Below, one piece after another: positions 1 to 9,941 of a stretch of 28,137 nucleotides of DNA. The DNA lies in contig JAVKJW010000028.1 of the NCBI GenBank assembly GCA_031458695.1, positions 1 through 28,137 on the forward strand. Direction: 5' to 3'. A program made the translations under genes and the position numbers. How positions within the stretch are numbered: position 1 is the stretch's first letter; every line of letters starts with the position of its first letter. The notes beneath the pieces are model-generated. The model had not been told where the DNA came from and searched no databases. It saw only the letters and a list, made by a program, of their open reading frames with translations. The stretch is from Candidatus Thermofontivivens primus (GTDB taxonomy: Bacteria > Sysuimicrobiota > Sysuimicrobiia > Sysuimicrobiales > Thermofontiviventaceae).

Positions 1-1072
1 CCTCCCCGCGGAGCTGCCAGAAGATCTCGCAGACCTTCATCAGGCCAGCGGCGGCGATGGGGTTCCCCACGCCCATGAGGCCCCCTGATGGGCAGCTCGG
101 CAGTTCCCCATCTCTGTCAAACCTTCCATTGACCAGATCCTCCGCGGCCTTCCCCCTCTCCGCAAGGAGGAGTCCTTCCAAGTGGTGGAGCTCTTTGTAA
201 GCGAAGGGGTCATAGGGTTCCACCACGTGGATTTCCTTGCGGGGTTCACGGATCCCTGCCATCTCGTAGGCCATGCGCGCGGCATACTCCACGTAGCGGG
301 GATACGCCAAGTCCCGGTTTCCCCAATAAGAGGTGTCCAGGCACCACCCCACACCTTCGACCCACACAGGCTTGTCCGTGATGCGCTTAGCGACATGCTC
401 ACTGGCCAGGACAATGGCCGCTGCGCCATCGGAAACAGGGCTGACCATGAGGCGGTGGACTGGCCATGCGACGACTTCAGAAGAGAGGACGTCCTGCACA
501 GTCAACTCCGCAGCCACTTGGGCGCAAGGGTGGTTGAGAGCATTGCGCTTGTTCTTCACCGAGACCAGGGCGATCTCCTCGTTGGAGATCCCGTAGGTGT
601 GCATGTATCGACTCTGCTCCAGGGCAAAGATCCACAGGAGGTTCGGTCCGAGGGGGCGCTCCAGGGTGTGGTCGAAGATGGTCAGGAATGCGCCCTGGGG
701 ATGGGGCTGGCAGCTCGACATCTTCTCCTCCGCCACCACCAGGACGGTGTCGAACATCCCCGAGGCAACCATGTACCAGCCGTGGATGATGCTGAAGACC
801 CCCGATCCTCCTCCCACATAGGAACGCATGATTGGCTTGCAGTACCCACCCGCGCCGTCGGAGAGCCATTCTCCCTTCATGTGTACTCCATCGAACGCAT
901 CGGGTCCTGAGCTCACCACCACCGCCTCGATATCCCGGAGGCGGAGTCCTGCGGATTCCAGAGCTTGGCTTGCAGCGTAGTAGGAGAGTTCCTTCCCGGT
1001 CTCCAGGGCTCTCCGCATGAACAGCGTCAAACCCGCGCCGACCACCGCAACCTTCCGTCGGATCCTCCGCAC
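1..1072 (-). CDS. Thiolase-superfamily protein lacking catalytic Cys (SCP2/Ltp3-like), 3' end outside window
   Basis: Absent from the ORF track because there is no stop codon in the window; translated by hand. GAGGAGG RBS (1081-1087), GTG at 1072: MRRIRRKVAVVGAGLT...SGPDAFDGVHM...KPIMRSYVGGGSG...VSVKNKRNALNHP...SPVSDGAAAIVL...EPYDPFAYKELHHLEGL...PSGGLMGVGNPIAAAGL...WQLRGE, open to position 2. Confidence 0.9.
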   Translation of the reverse strand, partial: MRRIRRKVAVVGAGLTLFMRRALETGKELSYYAASQALESAGLRLRDIEAVVVSSGPDAFDGVHMKGEWLSDGAGGYCKPIMRSYVGGGSGVFSIIHGWYMVASGMFDTVLVVAEEKMSSCQPHPQGAFLTIFDHTLERPLGPNLLWIFALEQSRYMHTYGISNEEIALVSVKNKRNALNHPCAQVAAELTVQDVLSSEVVAWPVHRLMVSPVSDGAAAIVLASEHVAKRITDKPVWVEGVGWCLDTSYWGNRDLAYPRYVEYAARMAYEMAGIREPRKEIHVVEPYDPFAYKELHHLEGLLLAERGKAAEDLVNGRFDRDGELPSCPSGGLMGVGNPIAAAGLMKVCEIFWQLRGE

Positions 1073-1129
1073 GTTCAAACCCTCCTCACTACCTCGACAG
1101 AATTCCAGCAAGAGATCCGCGAGGTCTCC

Positions 1130-2275
1130 TCAGTCCGCCTGGAGGACCACAACTCCTCCCGTGGTCGTCGGGACCCCTCGCCAGGAGCACACGACCCCGG
1201 TACGAGCTCCTGGGACCTGATGGCTCCCCGCCTCCCCGCGGATCTGCCAAGTAGCCTCGGCAACTCTGTAGAGCGCCGTGGCGTCGAAGCAGTATCCCAT
1301 GCCGAGGCTGCCTCCAGAGGCATTGACCGGGAGGGGGCCCTCAAAGTCTCCTCCGCGAGTGAGCTCGGTAGCCTCTTGGGGGGTCAGAAGTTCCAGGGCC
1401 TGGAGGTGCTGGAGCTCCTTGTAAGCGTATGTATCATCGACCTCTGCAAAGTGGATCTCCTTGCGCGGGCGGGAGATGCCAGCCATACGGTAGGCCATCT
1501 GGGCGCTCACGACAGTGTACGTTGCCCTTCCCCATGACCGTTCTGCGAGCCATGGGGTCTCTGTGGCCCACCCGATCCCCTTGATCCACACAGGCTTTCT
1601 TCCCTTGCGGCGTGCCCTAGCTGCGGAGGCAACGATCAGGACGACAGCTCCATCTGCGTAGGGGCTTGTGTGCAGGACCCTCAGGGGGCTCGCCAGAAGG
1701 GGAGAGGCCTGGACTTCTTCCACGGTCAGGGAGGCACCGTAAGATGCCAATGGGTTGCGCAGGGCGTTCCTGCGGTTCTTGACCACAACGCCGGCGACAG
1801 CCTCCTCAGGGAGACCTGTCTCATGGAGGTAGCGACGCATCTCCAGGGCAGCGATGGCGTGCGAGGGGACCCCGACCGGTCGCTCATAGATAGGGTCAAG
1901 GGCCATGGCGAATACCTCTTCGTGGTTGAGGATGTTGGAGGTCTTGCAGTGACCCTCCACAGCCACGAGGTCAGCGATGCCGCTCTGAATGAGCATGCAT
2001 GCAGCCGCGAGTCCCTGGAGGCCGTCCCCGGCAATGGTATGGACAGGGCGGAGGATCGCACCCAGCTGGTCGGGGGTGTACTCGTCGGTGATGCTCGTCC
2101 CTTCGTGGAAATCCTCGGAGATGGAAATGAAGCTATGGATCTCCGCGGGTTCCGTTCCTGCGTCTATGTATGCCTTTGTCGCTGCTTCAAAAATCAGCTC
2201 GCGCTGGGAGAGTTCTGGAGAGATGGGACGGAGGGGAGTAACGCCTACCCCCAGGATGGCTACCCCTTCATCCAT
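1130..2275 (-). CDS. Thiolase-superfamily protein lacking catalytic Cys (partner of the adjacent gene; archaeal-type 'acetyl-CoA acetyltransferase')
   Basis: Thiolase-fold motifs VAILGVG, VVVKNRRNALRNP, SPYADGA, EVDDTYAYKELQHLQAL, NASGGSLGMG, WQIRGEAG..QV. Start moved from 2554 to ATG 2275 because of an AGGAGG RBS at 2282-2287. Confidence 0.88.
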   Translation of the reverse strand: MDEGVAILGVGVTPLRPISPELSQRELIFEAATKAYIDAGTEPAEIHSFISISEDFHEGTSITDEYTPDQLGAILRPVHTIAGDGLQGLAAACMLIQSGIADLVAVEGHCKTSNILNHEEVFAMALDPIYERPVGVPSHAIAALEMRRYLHETGLPEEAVAGVVVKNRRNALRNPLASYGASLTVEEVQASPLLASPLRVLHTSPYADGAVVLIVASAARARRKGRKPVWIKGIGWATETPWLAERSWGRATYTVVSAQMAYRMAGISRPRKEIHFAEVDDTYAYKELQHLQALELLTPQEATELTRGGDFEGPLPVNASGGSLGMGYCFDATALYRVAEATWQIRGEAGSHQVPGARTGVVCSWRGVPTTTGGVVVLQAD

Positions 2276-2313
2276 GAACATCCTCCTTTCTCCCCCCTGC
2301 ACACGCTTCTTGC

Positions 2314-2328
2314 GCTCTTGGCAAGAGC
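2314..2328. promoter_or_regulatory. Perfect 7-1-7 palindrome GCTCTTG-G-CAAGAGC in the divergent intergenic region, candidate transcription-factor operator
   Basis: Seen directly between the divergently transcribed thiolase-like pair and the acyl-CoA dehydrogenase operon. No cognate regulator in the window. Confidence 0.3.
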
Positions 2329-2527
2329 ATCGGGCCTCTTTCCTCTCACGGAGGAACATATACACCAGCCGTTGTGCGATTCCTGCAAGAGAGGAGAACG
2401 CTTGCCGGGAGCGAATACTCCACACGGGTTCAAAGCTACTAGACGTCTTTGGGTATTCCTGGGCACCTTGGACGGCGGGTGAGAAGAGCATCTCTGGCCT
2501 GCGGATGGGTTCACTGAGGGGGCATCT

Positions 2528-3676
2528 ATGGACTTTCATCTCAGCGAGGAGCACCGCCTGATCCAGGAAACGGTCCGAACTTTTGCCTCCACCGAAATTC
2601 TCCCCATTGCTGCGGAGCTCGATCAGCAGGCCCGGTTTCCTAAGGAGATCATCCAGCGCGCGAGCGAGCTGGGGTTACTGGGGATGATGGTACCCCCGGA
2701 ATACGGGGGCGCAGGGCTTGATACCATCAGCTACCTCATCGCCATCGAGGAGATCGCCCGTGCTTGTGCAGGAACTGCCGTGATCCTCTCCGTCAACAAC
2801 TCACTGGTTTGCGATCCCATCCTGCGCTACGGGACAGAGGCCCAAAAGCGCCGCTACCTTCCTGACCTCGCGCAGGGGAGGAAGCTGGGATGCTACTGTC
2901 TCACGGAGCCTGAGGCGGGTTCAGATGCCGCTTCCATCCAAACGGTTGCCAGGGAAGAAGGGGACGAATGGGTGCTCACTGGGACAAAGATCTTCGTGAC
3001 CAATGGGGTGGAGGCGGAGATCTGCATTGTGTACGCTCGTTCCGAGCCTGAGCCAGGAGCACGGGGGATCAGCGCGTTCATTGTAGAAAAGGACCGTCCG
3101 GGGATCACCGTGGGAAAGGTGGAGCGCAAACTTGGGATCAAGGCCTCTTCCACAGCGGAGATCCACCTGGAGGAGTGCCGCATCCCCAAGGAGAACCTCC
3201 TGGGGAGGCGGGGAGAGGGATTTCGAGTTGCCCTCTCCACCCTCGATGGAGGCCGCTTAGGGATCGCCGCGCAGGCGGTGGGGATCGCCCGCGCCTGCCT
3301 AGAGGAGTCCATTGCTTATGCCCGGGAGCGGCGGCAGTTCGGGCAACCCATCGCCTCCTTCCAGGCGATCCGGTGGTGGATCGCAGACATGGCCACCCGG
3401 ATCGAGGCTGCAAGGCTCCTCATGTACCGCGCCGCTTCACTGCGGGACCGAGGGCGTCCCTACACTAAGGAGGCTTCCATAGCTAAGCTGTTCGCTTCGG
3501 AGACGGCGATGTGGGCAGCGCACAAGGCGGTACAGATCCATGGCGGGTATGGATACATCCAGGACTACCCAGCAGAGCGACACTTTCGGGACGCCAAGAT
3601 CACGGAGATTTACGAGGGAACATCGGAGATCCAGCGGTTGGTGATTGCGCGCCATGTGCTCGGAGTGAGAAGTTAA
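2528..3676 (+). CDS. Short-chain acyl-CoA (butyryl-CoA-type) dehydrogenase
   Basis: 382 aa. CLTEPEAGSDA FAD motif, GTKIFVTNG, RRQFGQPI, QIHGGYGY, catalytic Glu in IYEGTSEIQR. Confidence 0.95.
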   Translation: MDFHLSEEHRLIQETVRTFASTEILPIAAELDQQARFPKEIIQRASELGLLGMMVPPEYGGAGLDTISYLIAIEEIARACAGTAVILSVNNSLVCDPILRYGTEAQKRRYLPDLAQGRKLGCYCLTEPEAGSDAASIQTVAREEGDEWVLTGTKIFVTNGVEAEICIVYARSEPEPGARGISAFIVEKDRPGITVGKVERKLGIKASSTAEIHLEECRIPKENLLGRRGEGFRVALSTLDGGRLGIAAQAVGIARACLEESIAYARERRQFGQPIASFQAIRWWIADMATRIEAARLLMYRAASLRDRGRPYTKEASIAKLFASETAMWAAHKAVQIHGGYGYIQDYPAERHFRDAKITEIYEGTSEIQRLVIARHVLGVRS

Positions 3677-3697
3677 GGGGAAGAGGGGAGGGACGGT

Positions 3698-4498
3698 ATG
3701 GAGATCGTTGTGTGTCTCAAGCAGATCGTCGACCCGGAGATCCCTGCAAGCGAGTTCCGCCTGGATCCGGTCACCAAGCGGCAGATCCGGGGGAGCCACG
3801 CCCTTGTGATCAGCACCTACGACGAGAACGCACTCGAGGTGGCGCTCCAGCTCAAGGAGAAGCAGGGAGGTAAGGTGACGGCTGTGACCATTGGGGAGGA
3901 GCAGGCCACGGAGGCGTTGCGCAAGGCGCTGGCAATGGGCGCGGACAGCGCTGTGCTCATCTCCGATCCCCCTCTTCTGGAGGCCGACGACCTGGGAAAG
4001 GCGCGGGTTCTGGCAAGGGCTATCCGTAAGCTGACCACCCCTGATCTCATCCTCTGCGGGTGCGAGTCCGCCGACTGGGTGAGCCGTATCGTCGGCCCCT
4101 TCTTGGCCGAAGAGCTTGGCCTTCCCTGTGTGACCTTCGGCACGCGCATCGAGCCGAGGGACGGAAAGATCGTGGTCCGGAGGATCGTAGAAGACGGCTA
4201 TCATCTCGTGGAGGCGGCGTTGCCGGCGGTGGTGACCATCGCCAGCGATGAGACGAACACTCCGCGGCTTCCTAAGGTTCGGGACATTATGGCGGCGGTG
4301 AAGAAGCCCATTACGCTCCTGAGGATGGCTGACCTTGGGATCGAACCGGGGAGCCTCAAGGAGATGGAAGGACGCATCGTCCTCCAGGACGTGGCCATTC
4401 CCGTGCGGGAGGCACGGTGCGAGTTCATCGAGGGGGATACCCCGGAAGAACAGGCGGAACGCCTGGTCTTGCGTCTGAAAGAACTCAAGGTCATTTAA
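3698..4498 (+). CDS. etfB: Electron transfer flavoprotein beta subunit
   Basis: MEIVVCLKQIVDP N-terminus, YDENALEVALQLKE, ALAMGAD, PRLPK. Adjacent to etfA. Confidence 0.95.
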   Translation: MEIVVCLKQIVDPEIPASEFRLDPVTKRQIRGSHALVISTYDENALEVALQLKEKQGGKVTAVTIGEEQATEALRKALAMGADSAVLISDPPLLEADDLGKARVLARAIRKLTTPDLILCGCESADWVSRIVGPFLAEELGLPCVTFGTRIEPRDGKIVVRRIVEDGYHLVEAALPAVVTIASDETNTPRLPKVRDIMAAVKKPITLLRMADLGIEPGSLKEMEGRIVLQDVAIPVREARCEFIEGDTPEEQAERLVLRLKELKVI

Positions 4499-4562
4499 TT
4501 CTCCGGCACATGTCTACAGACTCTTTCCAGGGGACTGAGACCAGCTTACGGAGGGAAGGACG

Positions 4563-5546
4563 ATGGCAACGATCCTCGTGATTGCACCTGCTTATGAAGG
4601 GCATGTAGGCCGCACCTCTCTAGAGCTGCTTGGTGGAGCACGGAGGATTGGGGAGGCTCGAGGGATGGAGGTGGTGGCAGCCCTCTTGGGGAAGGGGGCT
4701 GGCGCCGCTGCCTCCCAGATGTGGCAATACGGGGTGAAACGAGTGTATGTGGCCGACCATCCCTCCATCTTGCTGGGAGAACTAGAGGCGTTCTATCTTG
4801 CTTCCCTAGAGGCCTGCCGTGCCGCAAACCCTGGAGTGGTCCTTCTTCTTGCCGACTCCGTGGGGCGAGAGGTCGGGCCGAGGCTTGCGCATCGCCTGGG
4901 CGGTGGAATCGTCACAGAGTGTATAGACGTGCAGGCGGGGCAAGATGGAGAAGTGACATTCCTCCGGCCGGTTTACGGAGGGAAGGCTATAGCAACCTAC
5001 CGCCTCGTGAATTTCCCTGTGGTCGTGACGGTCAAGCCGCATACCATGGAGGTCCCTGCGGAAATGCCGGTCTCGGGGGAAACCATTCCTTTGGAACTCT
5101 CCATGGATCCCGAAGGGCTAAAGACGAGGGTGCTAGAGGTTGTGAGCGAGGAGGTGACCGGAGTCAAACTTGAGGACGCTCCAGTGGTCGTGGGAGGAGG
5201 GAGAGGGATTGGAGGTCCTGAAGGGTTCCAGCTCTTGGGGGAGCTGGCCCGGCTCCTGAAAGGCGCCGTGGGCGCCTCCAGGCCTCCTGCCGACGCAGGG
5301 TGGGTACCTCCCACATGGCAAATTGGGCAAACAGGGAAGACCATTCGCCCGGACTTGTACATCGCCGTAGGGATCTCTGGCGCTACCCAGCATATTGCAG
5401 GTGTCTCCGGTGCGAAGGTCGTCGTGGCCATCAACAAGGACCCTGAGGCGCCGATTTTCAAAGTTGCCCACTTGGGCGTGGTGGCCGATTATCGGAAGGT
5501 CATACCCCCCTTGATCCAGAAGATCAAGGAAATCGTGGGGACGTAG
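4563..5546 (+). CDS. etfA: Electron transfer flavoprotein alpha subunit
   Basis: [49 protein letters not shown] motifs. Confidence 0.95.
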   Translation: MATILVIAPAYEGHVGRTSLELLGGARRIGEARGMEVVAALLGKGAGAAASQMWQYGVKRVYVADHPSILLGELEAFYLASLEACRAANPGVVLLLADSVGREVGPRLAHRLGGGIVTECIDVQAGQDGEVTFLRPVYGGKAIATYRLVNFPVVVTVKPHTMEVPAEMPVSGETIPLELSMDPEGLKTRVLEVVSEEVTGVKLEDAPVVVGGGRGIGGPEGFQLLGELARLLKGAVGASRPPADAGWVPPTWQIGQTGKTIRPDLYIAVGISGATQHIAGVSGAKVVVAINKDPEAPIFKVAHLGVVADYRKVIPPLIQKIKEIVGT

Positions 5547-5551
5547 CCGCA

Positions 5552-7534
5552 ATGGGTATTGACTGGCCACGGGGGATTGCCGTTCTAGTCCTGACGGGGG
5601 TGGCCACTGCCATCTTCCTGCGGGAGATGGCGAGGATCTATCGGTTCCTCCGCCTTGGGCAGGGTTCTCTCCGAGTCGATCGGGTGGGCAAGCGGCTCCT
5701 GGACCTGATCGTCTATGTGCTCGGTCATGTCAAGGTCTTGGCCTGGACATATTCCGGGGTTCTCCATCTGTTCATCTTCTGGGGGTTCCTGGTCCTTCTC
5801 ACCACGATCTTGCAACAGTACGGGGAGGCCTTTGTCCCTGGATGGTCCCTCCCATGGATTGGCAATAGCCCGGTCCTAGCAGGGCTGCAGGACCTATTCA
5901 TCCTCCTCGTCCTCGTGGGCGTGGGGATGGCCCTCTACCTCCGGGCCGTGGTCCGCCCACCGAGGTTTCGGTCAAGCAACCCTCTCGATGCCTACCTTAT
6001 CCTCGGTCTGATTACCGGGATCATGGTGGGCTTAGCGGGTTCGCGCGCCACCGCAATCGCCCTTTCCAAGGAAGCTCCCCCAGGGTGGCTAGCCGGAGCT
6101 TTCCTCAGTAGGGCGCTGGCCGTGTGGTTCAAGGGGTTCTCGCCTTCCATGCTCCACCTGGTCCACGAGCTCTTTTGGTGGCTCCACCTGCTGATCATCC
6201 TCTTCTTCCTGACCTGGATTCCTGAAGGGAAACACCTCCACCTCATCACCATTTTCCCAAACATCTTCCTGCGCAAGCTGACTCCTCGGGGCGCACTTCG
6301 ACCCCTCGACCTGGAGAAGGCGGAATCGCTGGGCGTGGGGAAGGTGGAACAGTTCCACTGGAAGGACCTCCTGGACACGTTCGCTTGCATGGAGTGCGGG
6401 AGGTGCACAGCGGTCTGCCCTGCCAACGCCACAGGGAAAGAGCTTGACCCGCGCCGCTTACACACAGCCATCCGCCATCACCTCGTGGAGGTTGGGGAGC
6501 GGGTGATCGCAGCGAGGGAGAGTGGGCAAGCGATCGACCGTCCCTCACTCATCGGAGACGTGTTCTCCGAGGACTTTCTCTGGCAGTGCGTGACCTGTGC
6601 CGCTTGCATCCAGGAGTGCCCGGCCTTCAACGAGCACATTGACAAGATCGTGGATATGCGGCGTTACCTGGTGATGGAGGAGTCGAGGGCTCCAGACACA
6701 ATCCTGGAGGCCTTGAGGAGTCTGGAGGCTCGTGGCCACCCGTTCAAGGGAGCGCTGGCCTCGCGAACCGACTGGGCGAAAGGGATGGGAATCAAGGAGG
6801 TAGCCCGCGACGGCCCTGCGGAGTGGCTCTTCTGGGTGGGATGCGCAGCCGCGTTCGATGAGAGGGCTCAGAAGGTCGCCCAGGCCATGGCCAGGATCCT
6901 CCAGATCGCAGGTGTAGATTTCGCCATCCTGGGTGGGGAGGAACGGTGCACAGGAGACCCAGCTAGGCGCATGGGCCACGAGTACCTCTTCCAGATGCTC
7001 GCCCAGGAGAACATCGCCACCCTCGAGCGTTACGGGATCACCCGGATCCTGACCATCTGCCCGCACTGTTACAACACCCTGAAGAACGAGTATCCCCAGT
7101 TTGGGGGGAACTTCCAGGTGGTCCACCACAGCCAGTTCCTCGCTGCGCTCCTCCGGGAGGGGCGGTTGCAGTTGCGCCAGCCTCTCAACCTCTCCCTGAC
7201 CTTTCACGATCCCTGCTACCTGGGGCGCCACAACGGGGAGTACGAGGCGCCCCGGCAGGTGCTCCGGGCGCTTGGGGGAAACCGGGTGGTAGAGATGGAA
7301 CGCTGTCGAGAGAGGGCGTTCTGTTGTGGTGCAGGCGGTGGATTATTCTGGGCGGAGGAACGCGTGGGCAAACGCATCAACCACGAGCGTGCGGAGCACG
7401 CACTGGAGACCGGAGCCGAGGTAGTCGGGACGGCCTGCCCTTACTGCCTCGTTATGTTCGAGGATGCGGTGAAGGCGAAAGAAGCGCCATTCCGTCCACG
7501 GGACATCGCGGAGTTGCTTGCAGATGCCTTGTGA
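5552..7534 (+). CDS. Membrane-bound Fe-S/CCG-domain oxidoreductase (FadF / HdrF / ETF:menaquinone oxidoreductase EMO type)
   Basis: N-terminal multi-TM domain with candidate heme-b His ([18 protein letters not shown]). Two 4Fe-4S motifs ([24 protein letters not shown]). Two CCG domains (GCAAAFD/CTGDP/CPHCYN and [20 protein letters not shown]). Starts 5 nt after etfA. Confidence 0.9.
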   Translation: MGIDWPRGIAVLVLTGVATAIFLREMARIYRFLRLGQGSLRVDRVGKRLLDLIVYVLGHVKVLAWTYSGVLHLFIFWGFLVLLTTILQQYGEAFVPGWSLPWIGNSPVLAGLQDLFILLVLVGVGMALYLRAVVRPPRFRSSNPLDAYLILGLITGIMVGLAGSRATAIALSKEAPPGWLAGAFLSRALAVWFKGFSPSMLHLVHELFWWLHLLIILFFLTWIPEGKHLHLITIFPNIFLRKLTPRGALRPLDLEKAESLGVGKVEQFHWKDLLDTFACMECGRCTAVCPANATGKELDPRRLHTAIRHHLVEVGERVIAARESGQAIDRPSLIGDVFSEDFLWQCVTCAACIQECPAFNEHIDKIVDMRRYLVMEESRAPDTILEALRSLEARGHPFKGALASRTDWAKGMGIKEVARDGPAEWLFWVGCAAAFDERAQKVAQAMARILQIAGVDFAILGGEERCTGDPARRMGHEYLFQMLAQENIATLERYGITRILTICPHCYNTLKNEYPQFGGNFQVVHHSQFLAALLREGRLQLRQPLNLSLTFHDPCYLGRHNGEYEAPRQVLRALGGNRVVEMERCRERAFCCGAGGGLFWAEERVGKRINHERAEHALETGAEVVGTACPYCLVMFEDAVKAKEAPFRPRDIAELLADAL

Positions 7535-7666
7535 GAACCGTTAAGATAGTATCAGCGGGCATCGGCATGGGGGCAGGGGCGCCGTGAGCTTCCCTGCAAT
7601 ACGCGTGCGCACCCTCGGCGGCTTGATCGATCCTGTCGATGAGATCTCGTGAGGGGTGGAGGGAGC

Positions 7667-9343
7667 ATGGAGGAGCGCGAGGGAGAGCAGCTGATGGCGG
7701 AGACCGAGCGGTGGGAGCGGGAGACCGTTCGGAGGTGGATCGAGCAGGTCCCAGAGCGCGCGGAGCGGTTCTCCACGATCTCAGACCTTGAGATCAAACG
7801 TCTCTACGGACCGTGGGATATTGCCGGGACAGATTATCTCAGGGACATTGGATACCCTGGGGAGTACCCGTTCACCCGCGGTATTCACGCCACCATGTAC
7901 CGGGGCCGCCTGTGGACGATGCGGCAATTCGCTGGGTTCGGGACCGCCGAGGATACCAACCGCCGCTTCCGGTACCTCCTCGAACAAGGGCAGACAGGGC
8001 TTTCTGTGGCCTTTGATATGCCCACGCTCATGGGGTATGACTCCGATCACCCAAGGGCCCTCGGGGAGGTGGGGCGGGAGGGTGTCGCGGTGGACACGCT
8101 GGAGGATATGAAGATCCTGTTCGACGGCATTCCCCTCGATCAGGTGACTACCTCCATGACGATCAATGGCCCTGCAGCAGTGCTCCTGGCAATGTACGTC
8201 GCTGTTGCCGAGGAGCAGGGGATCCCCCTCGACCGCATCGGGGGGACCACCCAGACAGATATCCTCAAGGAGTTCATCGCCCAAAAGGAGTGGATTGTCC
8301 CGCCCAGACCCTCAATGCGCATTGTCCAGGATATGCTTGTCTGGTCCACAAGAAACCTCCCCAAGTGGAACCCTATCTCCATCAGTGGCTACCACATCCG
8401 AGAGGCTGGAGCCACGGCAGTACAGGAACTGGCGTTTACCCTCGCGGATGGGATCGCCTACGTGCAGGCGGGGATCGAGGCGGGAATGGACGTCGATGAG
8501 TTTGCCCCTCGCCTCTCCTTCTTCTTCGACTGTCACATTGATTTCTTTGAGGAGATCGCCAAGTTCCGTGCTGCCCGCAGGATGTGGGCCAAGATCATGC
8601 GGGAGCGCTTTCAAGCCAAAAACCCGCGGTCCTGGTGGTTGCGCTTCCATACCCAAACGGCCGGGGTTAGCCTTACCGCCCAGCAGCCTCTCAACAACAT
8701 TGCCAGGGTGGCAATCCAGGCACTGGCAGCGGTGCTCGGGGGGACGCAGTCGCTCCACACAAACTCCATGGATGAGACCTACGCCCTCCCCACCGAGGAG
8801 GCTGTTACGGTAGCGCTCCGCACACAGCAGATCATCGCGTATGAAACCGGTGTTGCCAATACCATCGATCCCCTGGGAGGAAGCTACTTCGTGGAGGCAC
8901 TCACCAACAAAGTGGAGGAGGAGGCGTGGCGCTACATCCACCGGATCGATGAGATGGGAGGGATGCTCGCAGCTGTCGAAATGGGTTACCCTCAGCGCGA
9001 AATCGCGGAAGCCTCCTACCGGTACCAACAGCAGCTCGAGCGGAGGGAGAAGTTCATTGTGGGGGTCAATATCTTCCGAAGCGAGGAGGAGGTCCCCATC
9101 CCGATCCTGAAGATCGATCCGGATGTGGAGCGACGTCAAGTCGAACGGTTGCGAAGGATCAGGAGCAACCGCAACGCGCGCAGGGCTGAGTCCGCGCTCA
9201 AAGACCTGCGGCACGCCCTCGAGGTAGGGGAAAATTGCATGCCCTACATCCTCGAGGCGGTGAAAGCGTATTGTACCCTTGGGGAGATCTGTGACGTGCT
9301 CCGGGCGGTGTTCGGGGAGTACCGGGAACCGGTGATCATCTGA
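7667..9343 (+). CDS. icmA: B12-dependent acyl-CoA mutase large (substrate-binding) subunit, isobutyryl-CoA-mutase-like
   Basis: [39 protein letters not shown]. Specificity positions are Phe (RQFAG) and Gln (EFIAQKEW), not the Tyr/Arg of methylmalonyl-CoA mutase. ATG 7667 follows GGAGG. Confidence 0.8.
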   Translation: MEEREGEQLMAETERWERETVRRWIEQVPERAERFSTISDLEIKRLYGPWDIAGTDYLRDIGYPGEYPFTRGIHATMYRGRLWTMRQFAGFGTAEDTNRRFRYLLEQGQTGLSVAFDMPTLMGYDSDHPRALGEVGREGVAVDTLEDMKILFDGIPLDQVTTSMTINGPAAVLLAMYVAVAEEQGIPLDRIGGTTQTDILKEFIAQKEWIVPPRPSMRIVQDMLVWSTRNLPKWNPISISGYHIREAGATAVQELAFTLADGIAYVQAGIEAGMDVDEFAPRLSFFFDCHIDFFEEIAKFRAARRMWAKIMRERFQAKNPRSWWLRFHTQTAGVSLTAQQPLNNIARVAIQALAAVLGGTQSLHTNSMDETYALPTEEAVTVALRTQQIIAYETGVANTIDPLGGSYFVEALTNKVEEEAWRYIHRIDEMGGMLAAVEMGYPQREIAEASYRYQQQLERREKFIVGVNIFRSEEEVPIPILKIDPDVERRQVERLRRIRSNRNARRAESALKDLRHALEVGENCMPYILEAVKAYCTLGEICDVLRAVFGEYREPVII

Positions 9344-9484
9344 TTGGAGCCTGTCATCCATTGGCCGTCGAGTGAAAAAACCAAGATGGGGAGGTACTCC
9401 TAAGAGTCTTTCACGAAATCGGCACTTGCGGAGGATCTACAAATCCGTGAGAACGCGGGACGGTTCGTGGGAGGCGATGGTGCG

Positions 9485-9904
9485 ATGGCAGAGCCAAAGA
9501 TTCGGATTCTCATCGCCAAACCTGGCCTCGACGGCCACGACCGGGGTGCCAAGGTCGTCGCCAGGGCCCTGCGGGACGCGGGATACGAGGTGATCTACAC
9601 CGGGCTGCACCAGACGCCGGAGATGATTGTCAATGCGGCGATCCAGGAGGATGTGGATGCCATCGGGTTAAGCATCCTCTCGGGGGCCCACAATGCCTTG
9701 TTCCCAAGGATCATGCAGTTGCTCAGGGAGAAGGGTGCCGAAGATATTGTGGTGTTCGCAGGTGGAATCATCCCCGATGACGACGTGCCCGGGCTGGAGG
9801 CCTGTGGGATCCGGAAGATCTTCAAGCCTGGGACCTCCCTGGAGGAGATTATTGCTTGGGTCCGCGAGAACGTGAAACCCAGGCGCGTTCCAGCGGAAGG
9901 TTGA
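9485..9904 (+). CDS. icmB: B12-binding small subunit of acyl-CoA mutase
   Basis: [14 protein letters not shown] (DxHxxG base-off motif), [17 protein letters not shown] 9485 follows GGGAGG. Confidence 0.85.
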   Translation: MAEPKIRILIAKPGLDGHDRGAKVVARALRDAGYEVIYTGLHQTPEMIVNAAIQEDVDAIGLSILSGAHNALFPRIMQLLREKGAEDIVVFAGGIIPDDDVPGLEACGIRKIFKPGTSLEEIIAWVRENVKPRRVPAEG

Positions 9905-9941
9905 GGGCCCACGAAGAGCCTCTGTGTCGGAGGAGGTCCCC

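Noticed and set aside
2276..2554. N-terminal extension of the 474-aa ORF 1130-2554
   Set aside because: Spans the divergent promoter region and overlaps the acyl-CoA dehydrogenase start. The RBS supports 2275.
7535..7666. Possible cobalamin riboswitch before the B12 mutase (also checked 9344-9484)
   Set aside because: No GGGAA / GCCACTG B12-element motifs, and the spacers are short.
8312..9361. 349-aa antisense ORF and other long shadow ORFs (e.g. 182-910, 1670-2482, 21880-22830, 14544-15311)
   Set aside because: They lie opposite well-supported genes. Such ORFs are expected from GC-rich codon bias and show no recognisable motifs.
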